In this document: positions 30,959 through 40,284 of the stretch, in pieces | How positions within the stretch are numbered: position 1 is the first letter of the stretch | Layout of the letters: every line of letters starts with the position of its first letter | Source of the DNA: an uncultured delta proteobacterium | Lineage (GTDB): Bacteria; Desulfobacterota; RBG-13-43-22 | Reading direction: 5' to 3' | DNA length: 64,000 nucleotides | Assembly: GCA_963790475.1 (NCBI GenBank) | Contig: CAWBOS010000012.1 | Span: forward strand, 1,248,001-1,312,000 | Translations under genes and position numbers: made by a program | Notes under the pieces: generated by a model | What the model was told of the DNA's origin: nothing | Seen by the model: the letters and a program-made list of their open reading frames with translations, nothing else | The model's database searches: none

Positions 30959-31864
30959 TTATGATTCTTGGAAATAATCGGTATCTATCCTGTAAATGTT
31001 ATAGGTTTTTTCTATTGCAAGTCCGAGACCATAATCTACCATAAGTTCGGCAAGTGATTTACCATCAATCAGGATCACTTTAACATCAAGATTTTTAACA
31101 TAATCTAATGAATCAGCAGTAAACCGAGAAGTTGTTATAAAAAGCCCTTTTTTTGCATGCTTTCCGTGAAGTGCTCCAACAAATTTCTGGATTTCTGGAC
31201 GACCGACAGAGTTATCCCACCTTTTTGCTTGGATGTATATAGCATCAAAACCAAGCCGATCACCTTTAACTATCCCATCTATTCCCTCATCACCAGAACG
31301 CCCCAATGCCTCACCGGCATCTTCAAATGTTCCGCCATATCCCATCTTTAACAACAAATCAATAACAATTGATTCAAAGAATGACGGTGAACAATTTTTA
31401 ACCTGCTGAATTAACTCATCGGAAAGATTCTCTTTTATCTGCTGATAACCATTCTCAATCATCTCTTGGGGTGTTGTCGAAATGCTATCTTGCCTTAATT
31501 CTACTTTCTGATTTTCCTTTGAACCTTTCAGTGATTCTAAATAATCTGGTAGCGTTCGTAGGAAGTTTATATCAATTTTATCGGGAGCTTTCTTGATAAT
31601 AGCTAATCCAGAATCCGAAATGCAAAAAGAACGAGCCCCCATACTTTTAAGCAGTTTAGCAGCTTTTAAATGAGATTGTGCCCACGATACCGTGTTTGCA
31701 AATTTTGTTTGACGAGTATTATTAAGGCGTAATTCACGATCTTCATTCGAAAGATGGAACTGGTCCGCAAGCTTTTCTGTCAATTCTTTTCCATTATGTT
31801 CCTTACCGTCAGAACATTGTTTTAATAAAGGGAGCATTAAATCTTGAAAACCTGGTAGTGCCAT
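30959..31864 (-). CDS. mrr: Mrr type IV restriction endonuclease
   Basis: Mrr_N (LMLPLL...VSWAQSHL); FFESIVIDLLLKMGYGG, SGDEGIDG, YIQAKRW, FVGAL, GLFITTS, LIDG. AT-rich. Confidence 0.95.
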   Translation of the reverse strand: MALPGFQDLMLPLLKQCSDGKEHNGKELTEKLADQFHLSNEDRELRLNNTRQTKFANTVSWAQSHLKAAKLLKSMGARSFCISDSGLAIIKKAPDKIDINFLRTLPDYLESLKGSKENQKVELRQDSISTTPQEMIENGYQQIKENLSDELIQQVKNCSPSFFESIVIDLLLKMGYGGTFEDAGEALGRSGDEGIDGIVKGDRLGFDAIYIQAKRWDNSVGRPEIQKFVGALHGKHAKKGLFITTSRFTADSLDYVKNLDVKVILIDGKSLAELMVDYGLGLAIEKTYNIYRIDTDYFQES

Positions 31865-31920
31865 TTTAATCCTCAATTTTAATTTGTTTAGAAAATCAGT
31901 TTATTTTATCGCGTGCGGAT

Positions 31921-32094
31921 TTATTGTTTTCCCGGGCCAGCGAGTGGAATTTGGGACCAAGCGACCGCAGTTCCATGCGTTTGATTGATTGCGAGGGCTA
32001 TTGCGGCGCCAACGACAGCAAAAAGAAAATACCTGTATTTATCCTGCGACAACCGAAGTTGTCGATGAGCCTCAGGAAAGTTTTCATCTCCCAT
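31921..32094 (-). pseudogene. Truncated membrane-protein gene cassette
   Basis: RBS GAGG; MGDENFPEAHRQLRLSQDKYRYFLFAVVGAAIALAINQT...WSQIPLAGPGKQ*; begins just after the attC at 32127. Confidence 0.55.
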
Positions 32095-32126
32095 ACGTTT
32101 TACCTCTCTAAGAATAAAGTTGAGTC

Positions 32127-32194
32127 ACCTAACCCCGTGGATCAGGCGCGATGGGCGCCAGTGGCAACTGGCTCCCTGCTGCCGCTTGTTCGGC
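32127..32194 (-). mobile_element. attC integron recombination site
   Basis: Minus strand GCCGAAC-AAGCGGCAGCAG...GCGCCTGATCCACGGG-GTTAGGT (R''/L''...L'/R'), 68 bp, at the gene 3' end. Confidence 0.7.
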
Positions 32195-32941
32195 ATGCCC
32201 TCTGAAGTACGTCGCTACCTTCTCCCGAAGCTCTTGTTGGCGCGCGGTAAAGTCCCGCACCCGTCCACCGTTGGCACCGGAAGGATGTGGAAACCCGAAG
32301 AGGCAGCGCTCCGCAGATACATCTCCACGACCCGCAAGATACTCAAGCGCCGCTGAGACCGCATTGCCGAGCGGGATGATGAGGGCGTCCGGCACACTCG
32401 CGAGCTCTGGTGCCAGCATCGACTCCACACACTCCTGCAGAAAGAGATTCCGCAGCATGTCGGGGCCGTGGCCGGTGTAATTGCGCCCTTTGACGAAGAC
32501 GGGATAGCGGATCGCCGACCCGGTGTGGACCAACGCAGCGGCTGATCCGAACAACTCCGAGGTGGATTTGATGCCTAGAAACGATGGCGCGCCCAAGTCG
32601 TCGAGCATTCGAATGAGGTTCGTGCGCATCGTGCCCGCGAAGCTGGCGTTCTGTTTCGCCCGCCTGCAGATTTCTTCTGCCGGGATGCCAAGCTCCATTT
32701 CCCTGCGTGCCACTCGATACGCGATTTCCATCTGGGTCCATCCCGGCGTGATGCCGAGCAGCACGATGGCGGCCGATGGATTCACTGCACCAAACGGTGC
32801 GTAGTACATCTCCAGGCTGTCTTCTTGGTGCAGTCGCAGGGAGGGAATCAGTAGGTCGGCTCGCTCGAAGCGCTCGCGCACCGGAAACGCGCGGATGACG
32901 TCCTCGAAGTCAGAGAAGAGGTTGGGATGTGCGATCCTCAT
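32129..32941 (-). CDS. Uracil-DNA glycosylase-like fold protein (gene cassette)
   Basis: IVLLGITPG, IIPLG and FPHPSGAN motifs; visibly GC-richer than its flanks; preceded by GTTAGGG and followed by an attC. Confidence 0.7.
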   Translation of the reverse strand: MRIAHPNLFSDFEDVIRAFPVRERFERADLLIPSLRLHQEDSLEMYYAPFGAVNPSAAIVLLGITPGWTQMEIAYRVARREMELGIPAEEICRRAKQNASFAGTMRTNLIRMLDDLGAPSFLGIKSTSELFGSAAALVHTGSAIRYPVFVKGRNYTGHGPDMLRNLFLQECVESMLAPELASVPDALIIPLGNAVSAALEYLAGRGDVSAERCLFGFPHPSGANGGRVRDFTARQQELREKVATYFRGHAEQAAAGSQLPLAPIAPDPRG

Positions 32942-33002
32942 CCGTGATTCACCCCCTAACAAGTTATTTTTATCAAAATAGGGACAGCGCCCATATATTA
33001 AC

Positions 33003-33542
33003 TCAAGGATTTTCAGTTCTATCCCGTTTTACGTATTCCCAATAATCGGAGTAGATCTTGTTGATGAGTTCCTCCAACGTCCGCGTGCCGATAAAAGCTT
33101 GACAGTGTATCTTCTCCTTCTCTACTCGTTCTTCTTCTACCCGCTTTTCATGCCCCTCTTCGTCAAATGGACTCAACTTTTCTTCCATGTCCCTTTTTGC
33201 GTGTTCCAATGGAATTCCCTTAGCGTCATCGGCTTCCACTTCCTTGAGTATTTCATCAACCCCTGATTCCATAGGGTCCTGTTCCCTTTCGTATCCAGGC
33301 TCTGGAATGTTGTCATAATCGAGGATTGGCTGGCCGAATGCCTCGGCCATCATTACCCATGCATGTCGTAGCTCTTCTATGTTCTCCCCAAAGGGCTCTG
33401 TTGGGTCTTGGGTGATGGCTCCAACATGTCCGTTCCTGTCGTAGTACGCCTCATGTATAGCATATGTGAAGTATGCTCTTTTCATCTTGTCTTTGGCGTC
33501 AGCGTCGACATTCTTTTTCCGGACGACTCTATAATTCCACAT
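33003..33542 (-). CDS. Hypothetical protein (MWNYRV...IHEAYY family)
   Basis: 179 aa ORF starting immediately after a GTTAGTA core site. Confidence 0.7.
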   Translation of the reverse strand: MWNYRVVRKKNVDADAKDKMKRAYFTYAIHEAYYDRNGHVGAITQDPTEPFGENIEELRHAWVMMAEAFGQPILDYDNIPEPGYEREQDPMESGVDEILKEVEADDAKGIPLEHAKRDMEEKLSPFDEEGHEKRVEEERVEKEKIHCQAFIGTRTLEELINKIYSDYWEYVKRDRTENP

Positions 33543-33543
33543 G

Positions 33544-33630
33544 TACTAACCCCTATGCCACACCCTGCTTGCTTTGAACCCGATTGGTCTTATGCTCAGC
33601 ACCTCCGTCCTGTTGAATGACTCGTTAGAT
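33544..33630 (-). mobile_element. Degenerate attC-like site
   Basis: Minus strand ATCTAAC-GAGTCATTCAACAGGAC ... GGG-GTTAGTA, between two ORFs; the inner stem is poorly conserved. Confidence 0.45.
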
Positions 33631-33895
33631 GCCGCTTTGAATCAAATTTCAAGGGGTATTTTTCTGGATTTTCAAAGTTATCAATTTCCAAGTCAACATC
33701 CAGCTCAGGCCAATACAAATGATAGTCATGAAGTAGTTGAACATTTTGAATGGAATTTAATGTTTGGTTTTTGAAATAAGGATAATCCTTACAGCTTAGA
33801 AAAAATCCCTTCTCTTTTACATACAGCCATATTCCGAAAGGTGTGATATTTTCAACGCTCACTGAAAAATTTTTTCCATGCTTTAATGATTTCAT
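33596..33895 (-). CDS. DUF2442 family protein (antitoxin-like)
   Basis: VENITPFGIWL...YPYFK...HLYWPELDVDL...PEKYPL. Confidence 0.8.
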   Translation of the reverse strand: MKSLKHGKNFSVSVENITPFGIWLYVKEKGFFLSCKDYPYFKNQTLNSIQNVQLLHDYHLYWPELDVDLEIDNFENPEKYPLKFDSKRHLTSHSTGRRC

Positions 33896-33914
33896 CTTTA
33901 TTCTCCCCGACAAT

Positions 33915-34005
33915 ACTCCCTCGCCTGAAACCCCAGATTATATGCTAACGCCAAAGGCTTAAGCTTAAGCCAGACCTTGGCCAAGAAAGCGTCCCGGTCG
34001 ATTAT
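33915..34005 (-). pseudogene. DUF4160 family fragment
   Basis: AKVWLKLKPLALAYNLGFQARE resembles the DUF4160 AKFWL-P--LA-N-GF motif; it sits at the usual position upstream of DUF2442. Confidence 0.45.
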
Positions 34006-34084
34006 GCAACTTATTATAAAGGGTAAATAGTATCTTAACAAATGATTTTTATCGCTTACCTGGCGTGGGGGAAATACGAAGATC

Positions 34085-35359
34085 TTAAGATTGGCAAAAG
34101 ATATGGGCGAAGACCTGGGCGTCTTTGATGAGAGCAGAAAGCCGGCAGAACTCATTGGGTCGATGAGCGGTGCCCGAGGACGTTAACCAGACGGCCGCCG
34201 GAAGCCCGGCCTGGCGGAAAAAGGCGGCTACGGTGCCCCCACCGATACCGTAGGGGAAGGCCTTTTTATGATGCACGGCCCAGATGGCTTTTTGTAAAGC
34301 CTTTACGACCGGGGCCTCGGCCTTCGTTTCCGGCGGGGCCTGAATCTTATTGACCACTTCGATTTTTATTCCCAATCCGGTTTTTTTGCCCACCTCAGCG
34401 GCGATGTCTTTTATCTTGTTAATGACCTCGGTTAATGGATACCCAGGCAGAACCCGGCAATCCAAATAAAAAACATCCTGCCCGGGGATAGTATTGACAT
34501 TGGGCACATTGGCTTCTTTTTGAGTCGGTTCAAAGGTGCTTTTCGGGAAATCGAAACGAAGGTCTTTTTTATTAAAAAAACGGGGCAGCTTTTCCAGGGC
34601 CAGGATCAAATGGGCGGTGCCTCGCAGGGTGTTAAGGCCCATATCCGGACGGCTGCCATGGCATTGCCTTCCGGACAGGGTAAGTTTTATCCAAAGGAGG
34701 CTTTTTTCCGCTACTTCGATCAGGGTCCCTTCCCGGTTTCCAGCATCGGGAATAATAAAAAGGTCATCATCCTTAAACAAACGGCGTTTTCTCTTTAAGA
34801 CATATTCCAGTCCTTTTTGACTCCCGGTTTCTTCATCGGAGACCCACAGGAGCCCGATGGAACAGGTCGGACATACCCCTTCTTCCTGTAAGGCTTTAAC
34901 TGCAAAAAAAGAAGAGACAATACCGTGCTGGTCGTCCTCAGCCCCGCGTCCATAAAGAAAATCCCCTTTCCTTTTCAATTCATAGGGATCGCTTTTCCAC
35001 AACTTCCTGTCTCCGATGGGAACAATATCGATATGACTCAAGATCCAGATCGTTTTGGAAGGACGCTCCCCGGGAAAAAGGGCCAGGAGATTGGAGCGAA
35101 ATCCCTCAGGGACCTGAGGATCGGGACAGGGAATATTGAAAAGGGTTTGGGGCAATAAGGCCTTTAATTGTTTTTCGAGAAAAAAGGCTTTGGCATTTTC
35201 CCCTTGCCCCCCGTTTCGCGGACCCAGGGCCGGGATAGCCGTCAATTCCTGCTGAAGGGTCACCATCGCCTCTTTATACCCCTGGATCCGTTTCTTTATC
35301 CGCGGCCAGGGGTCGGAGGAAGTCTTATCTCGATTAATGGGTCGTGGGGGTCGGGCCAT
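34085..35359 (-). CDS. M20/ArgE-DapE family metallo-hydrolase
   Basis: SHIDIVP, YGRGAEDD, SDEETGS, AEKSLLW, GGGTVA, AHRPNE. Confidence 0.9.
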   Translation of the reverse strand: MARPPRPINRDKTSSDPWPRIKKRIQGYKEAMVTLQQELTAIPALGPRNGGQGENAKAFFLEKQLKALLPQTLFNIPCPDPQVPEGFRSNLLALFPGERPSKTIWILSHIDIVPIGDRKLWKSDPYELKRKGDFLYGRGAEDDQHGIVSSFFAVKALQEEGVCPTCSIGLLWVSDEETGSQKGLEYVLKRKRRLFKDDDLFIIPDAGNREGTLIEVAEKSLLWIKLTLSGRQCHGSRPDMGLNTLRGTAHLILALEKLPRFFNKKDLRFDFPKSTFEPTQKEANVPNVNTIPGQDVFYLDCRVLPGYPLTEVINKIKDIAAEVGKKTGLGIKIEVVNKIQAPPETKAEAPVVKALQKAIWAVHHKKAFPYGIGGGTVAAFFRQAGLPAAVWLTSSGTAHRPNEFCRLSALIKDAQVFAHIFCQS

Positions 35360-36699
35360 TTTGAATCCCTTCGATTTGCGATGACAGGAAATGGATTTGT
35401 TTGGAAATCTCCGGATTTTTTTTAAGGCCCTTTTCCACGGTGCTGACCGCATAGATCACCGAGGTCGTATCCCGATTGAAGGCCTTGCCGATGGTCTCTA
35501 AGGTGTGGTCGGTATATTTCCTGCTCAAAAAAATGGAAAGGTTTCGGGGAAGAAGATGAATCCGTTTCCGGGAACGGGAGGTCATCTCTTCCAAAGAAAC
35601 CCGAAAATATTTTCCGACCAGATCTTTGATGGCTTGAATGGAAACTTCCTTTTTTTCTTCCAACTGTTCATTGACCACCAATTCAGCCAGGGAAAGATCC
35701 AGCCTCTGGTTCATCAAGGTGGCCTGAGCCGACATCCGTATCAGACAGCCCTCCAACTGCCTCATGTCTTTGAAGGGTTTGCCCGCCAGAAATTGTTTGA
35801 CCTCCTCATGAAGACCTATCCCCAAAAAATTGGATTTCTTTTCTACAATCGCCCAAACGGGTTTCAAAATCAGGGGGATCGATGGAGCCGATCAAGGCTG
35901 AACTCAAACGGGATTTTAATTTGCTGCCCAGGCGGGGAATATCCTTGGGCGGCAGCGAACTGGTGAAAATAATTTTTTTGTTGTCGTTGAACAAGGTGTC
36001 CAGGGTATAGCCCAACTCCGTCTGGGTGGTTTCTTTTCCGCTCAGGAAATGGACCTCTTCCAAAAGAAGAAAATCGCAGTTTTTTCGATACTTGTCTTTG
36101 AAGGAATTCATGGAATTGGTCTTGATGGATTCGACCATTTCATTGGTAAAGTCTTCGGTGGAAAGATACAAGACCTTGGCCTGGGGTTTGTGTTTCTGGA
36201 TATAATTACCTACGGCTTGTGACAAATGGGTCTTGCCCAAACCGGAGGAGGAAAAAAGATACAAGGCATTATTATGAAGATTTTTTTCGGTGGCCAGGGC
36301 CATGGAAGCCAGGTAGGCAAAATGGTTGCTGGGACCGGTCACGAATTGATCAAAAGTAAACCCTCCGTTTAGGCGCTGTTGTCCTTTTCGGTCGAATCCG
36401 GGCAGGATGAACTGTTGAGTCTGGGCCGGAGAGGAAGGAAGTGTTCGGTTTGGAGGCGGAGCAGAAACCCGCAAGTTGATCTTCGGAGTTTCCGGATCCA
36501 GGTTATGGGCGGCTTGAACGATTGCGGCTAAATATTTATCTCTGACCCAATCCCGGAAAAAGGGGTTGGGACAACCCAAGATGAGTTCCTGATCCCCGGA
36601 CTCAAGGAGGTCCAGAGGTTCGATCCACATCCGATATTGATTATCAGGGATTTCGATCTGAAGTTTTTCTTTAATGGCCTGCCAGAGTGTATCCATCAT
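35334..36699 (-). pseudogene. dnaA: DnaA-family replication initiator with a +1 frameshift near 35853
   Basis: Domain I (WIEPL), FTFDQFVTGPSN, GLGKTHL, DKYR and SRL in ORF 35806-36699; domain IV (IGKAFNRDTTSVIYA) in ORF 35334-35867. Junction cgt ttg G gcg att carries one extra G. Confidence 0.88.
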
Positions 36700-37460
36700 G
36701 AAATCGAATTCTTCTCCTTACGGTCCAAAACGAAAAAAATTGACCGGGATGCTTTTCAAAAATCTTAATTCATGATCCGCCTGCGGCAGACCAAGAAAGC
36801 CAAATTTTTTTAGGTAATTTACCTTGCCGGGAAACCCAGACCTTGGTCGGGGAACTTCCGGAGTCGATTGACCACTGCTCGTAAGGTTAAAGGCAACTAT
36901 TCCAAAGTCTCTTGCTTAAACATTTTTCAATCACCCCGCTGATGAGACGCGGGAAATTGTTCCATCGTTTGGGCCAAAGACCTATGAAGAAGGGTTCAAA
37001 AAGGAGAACCCCGTTAGGTTGGATGAATGTGTATTTATCTCAGGAATGGAGGGCTGTCAAACCCTAAAGAGCGGACTTTGAAGTTAGCCTGCCGGACGCA
37101 TCAACAAGGTGTAAAAGCGGCCTCTAACTTGAGTTAAGGAAGATTCCCCCGGCTAACCTGTTAAAACCATGCTCTATTGAGTGAAATCAAAAAATAAATG
37201 GGAATCTATAGCGGTTAGAAAAGAAAACTCCCAAAGGGACCTTTTCTTCTCTTTAAACGATCTTCTGTTTCCTATGTTTTTCTCGCTTTTTTAAAGGCCC
37301 CCTCAATAAGGGTTCAATAAATCGGTTATTGCACTGGCCTCGGATTGATAATCATCGAAATGGCCAAGGGTTTGGTTTGGTCAATATCCCTTTGGGGCAT
37401 GGATAGGGGATGAGGTAAAGACCGCGAGGGAAACTATTCTTATTTTAGTGCCTTGGCCGA

Positions 37461-38813
37461 TCAGAATTTTTTTTGAACCTGGTGGAGAATCCCTTCAATT
37501 AAATTTTGAATCTCTTGTAATCGTTCCGGGGACCGGGCTTCAAATCGTAAAACCAGAACCGGCTGGGTATTGGAAGCCCGGATCAGACCCCATCCGTCCT
37601 CAAATTTAACCCGGACTCCATCGACATCGATAATGGAAAACCTTTGAGCCAGTTCGTTTTTGACCGCTTCCACCACCTGAAATTTGGTCTCTTCCCTGGT
37701 TTCGACCCGAATCTCCGGTGTGGAATAGGTCGTAGCCAGGCCGGATAACAACTCGGGGATTTTTTTTCCGGTTTTTGATAAAATTTCCAGGAGCCGTAAA
37801 GAGGCATAGACAGCATCGTCAAACCCGAAATACCGATCGGCAAAAAACAAGTGGCCGCTCATCTCGCCGGCCAGGACTGCCTGGACCTCTTTCATCTTTT
37901 GTTTGATCAGGGAATGGCCGGTTTTCCACATCAGGATCTTTCCTCCCTGCCGGGGAATATCATCGTATAGATTCTGGGAACATTTCACCTCGCCTATAAA
38001 AGTGGCCCCGGGCCGTCCGGGGAGGATGTCACGGGCAAAAAGGATCAACAACTCATCCCCCCAGATGATGTCCCCGGCATGATCGACCACCCCCAGCCGG
38101 TCTCCATCCCCATCATAGGCCAATCCAACATCGAGATGTTCCCGGTTGACCAGGTCGATCAACTCCTTTAGATTTTTAGGTACGGTTGGGTCCGGTTGGT
38201 GGTGGGGAAAGGACCCGTCTATTTCGCAATATAAATCAAAGACCTCACAGCCAAGTTGGCGGATGATCGGCAGGGCCGTCCAACCCCCGGTCCCGTTTCC
38301 ACCGTCGATGCCTACCCTCAGGGCGTGTGGCAAATGAATATCTTTATAAATAAACTCCTGGTAAGCCGGGAGGACATTTTCCTCCCTGACCGACCCGATA
38401 CCGGTCATGAACTTTCCTTGCTCGGCAATCAGACCTAACCGCTGAATCTCGGCCCCGAAGATGGTATCCGGCCCGCTGCATACTTTGAATCCGTTGTATT
38501 CCGGTGGGTTGTGACTGGCGGTGATCATGACCCCGCCATCGGTTTTGAAATGACGTATGGAAAAATAGAGCAAGGGGGATGGACAAACCCCGATGTCTAT
38601 GACCTGACAACCCGTGGATAGGAGCCCCTTTAACAAATAGTCTCGAAAGGCATTGGAACTAAGCCGGCCATCCCGGCCCAATGCAATTTGTTTTTTTCCG
38701 GCTTGACCCAGGTAAGTGCCAATGGCCTTTCCCATGGTCTCCACTTCTTCCAGAGTGATCTCTTTACCGACAATGGCCCTTATGTCGTATTCTCGAAATA
38801 TTTGTGGGTTCAT
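37461..38813 (-). CDS. Phosphomannomutase/phosphoglucomutase (AlgC-like)
   Basis: IFREYDIR, TASHNP, DGDGDR, GEMSGH, RASNTQP. Confidence 0.95.
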   Translation of the reverse strand: MNPQIFREYDIRAIVGKEITLEEVETMGKAIGTYLGQAGKKQIALGRDGRLSSNAFRDYLLKGLLSTGCQVIDIGVCPSPLLYFSIRHFKTDGGVMITASHNPPEYNGFKVCSGPDTIFGAEIQRLGLIAEQGKFMTGIGSVREENVLPAYQEFIYKDIHLPHALRVGIDGGNGTGGWTALPIIRQLGCEVFDLYCEIDGSFPHHQPDPTVPKNLKELIDLVNREHLDVGLAYDGDGDRLGVVDHAGDIIWGDELLILFARDILPGRPGATFIGEVKCSQNLYDDIPRQGGKILMWKTGHSLIKQKMKEVQAVLAGEMSGHLFFADRYFGFDDAVYASLRLLEILSKTGKKIPELLSGLATTYSTPEIRVETREETKFQVVEAVKNELAQRFSIIDVDGVRVKFEDGWGLIRASNTQPVLVLRFEARSPERLQEIQNLIEGILHQVQKKF

Positions 38814-38903
38814 TTATTTCCTCCTGATCCGAGTGAATTGAAAAATCTTTCTGTTGGATTCTTACATTAGATCATCTGGGAATTGATTACGAACATAAAC
38901 ACT

Positions 38904-38983
38904 GTTGCGGGTTTCAGGTTACGGGTTGCGAACTAAGAGAGCGAAGTCTTTTCTCTAACAACTCGTAACGCTCAACCCATAAC
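38904..38983. repeat. Intergenic heptamer tandem/inverted repeat
   Basis: gttgcgg gtttcag gttacgg gttgcga, then the inverted caac tcgtaac gctcaac ccataac. Confidence 0.65.
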
Positions 38984-39021
38984 TTTTATTGGAAAAATTT
39001 CAAATAGGTTGGGTAAGTTTT

Positions 39022-40104
39022 TTATAACAGCTCAAGTTTTCCTTGAGCTTCCAACATCTCTACGATTTTCTTAACCTCCTGGGCCCTGTCCCGGGGACAA
39101 ATCAAGAGGGCATCCGGAGTATCAACCACGATGAGATCTTTCATCCCGATCAATCCTACGGCCTTTTGAGGGCTATGTACCAGGCAACCCCGGCTATCCA
39201 GGACCAGAATCGGACCAGTCAGATAATTTCCTTGTTCATCTTTGGGTTCCAACTGATAGACCGCCTCCCAACTGCCTACATCATTCCATCCGAAATCCCC
39301 GGCCAGCATGAGGACTTTTTCGGCCTTTTCCATAACGGCATAATCAATGGAGACATTCTCCATGGCCTCATAACCGGTCTTTAGGGCCTCTTCCCATCCC
39401 GGGGTGCCCAGGCATTTTTTGAGTTTTATCAATTCGCCGTACATGGTCGGTGTCAGCCGGGCCATTTGTTCCATGATGGCCGAAACGGTCCAGACAAACA
39501 TCCCGCTGTTCCAAAAAAACCGGCCGGTCTTGAGCATGGCTTCAGCCTTAGGGCGGTCCGGTTTTTCATGAAAGGCCTTTACCTCCCAAACCTCATGGCC
39601 ATTGACTTCCGAAACCTTTCCCCCCCTTTCCAGATAACCATATCCGGTTTCCGGAAAGGTTGGAGTGATCCCGAGGGTGACCAGAAAGTTCCCGGATAGA
39701 GCGGTCCGGGCCGCAGCCAACAGGGTCTCCTGAAAATCAGGGATCCGGGAGATATAATGATCGGCGGGAAGAACAACCATCGTAGCCGCCGGATCGATAC
39801 TTTCCAGGATCAAGGCTGCCAGGCCGATACAAGGGGCCGTATTCCTGCCCAGGGGCTCCACTATCAGCCGGGATTCCGGCAATTCCGGCAGCAGATCTTT
39901 GATAGCCTCGGCTTGAGAGATTTCGGTTACTATAAAAATGTGCTCCCGGTCGGTAAAGGGAAGCAGGCGGTCAATGGTTTGCTCCAGGATCGACTTGGGA
40001 CCGACAATGTCCAGAAGTTGTTTGGGCCGTTTGGACCGGCTCCTGGGCCAGAAACGAGTGCCCCGGCCCCCGGCCATGATTACAAAATATAAAGAGGTGT
40101 TCAT
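39022..40104 (-). CDS. manC: Mannose-1-phosphate guanylyltransferase
   Basis: MAGGRGTRFWPRSR, PKQ, EPLGRNTAP, PADH, ETGYGY, FHEKP, WNSGMF, SIDYAVME, WNDVGSW. Confidence 0.94.
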   Translation of the reverse strand: MNTSLYFVIMAGGRGTRFWPRSRSKRPKQLLDIVGPKSILEQTIDRLLPFTDREHIFIVTEISQAEAIKDLLPELPESRLIVEPLGRNTAPCIGLAALILESIDPAATMVVLPADHYISRIPDFQETLLAAARTALSGNFLVTLGITPTFPETGYGYLERGGKVSEVNGHEVWEVKAFHEKPDRPKAEAMLKTGRFFWNSGMFVWTVSAIMEQMARLTPTMYGELIKLKKCLGTPGWEEALKTGYEAMENVSIDYAVMEKAEKVLMLAGDFGWNDVGSWEAVYQLEPKDEQGNYLTGPILVLDSRGCLVHSPQKAVGLIGMKDLIVVDTPDALLICPRDRAQEVKKIVEMLEAQGKLELL

Positions 40105-40284
40105 AATGACCCGTTTTGATTTTTCGGTTAGTTTCTTCTTAAGCGATATTTAATAAAGTTCAAAGTTCGATGTTCAACGTCAATAGTTAACTGTTTTTGG
40201 CTTAATGTCTATGACTTGTGGATTTTTATGATCCTTAAATCTGGCATCAAAAATCTTAAACCTTAAACCTTGACCCCGTTGTCT

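Noticed and set aside
36700-37460. oriC upstream of dnaA
   Set aside because: No perfect DnaA boxes were spotted by eye and the usual origin-flanking genes are absent.
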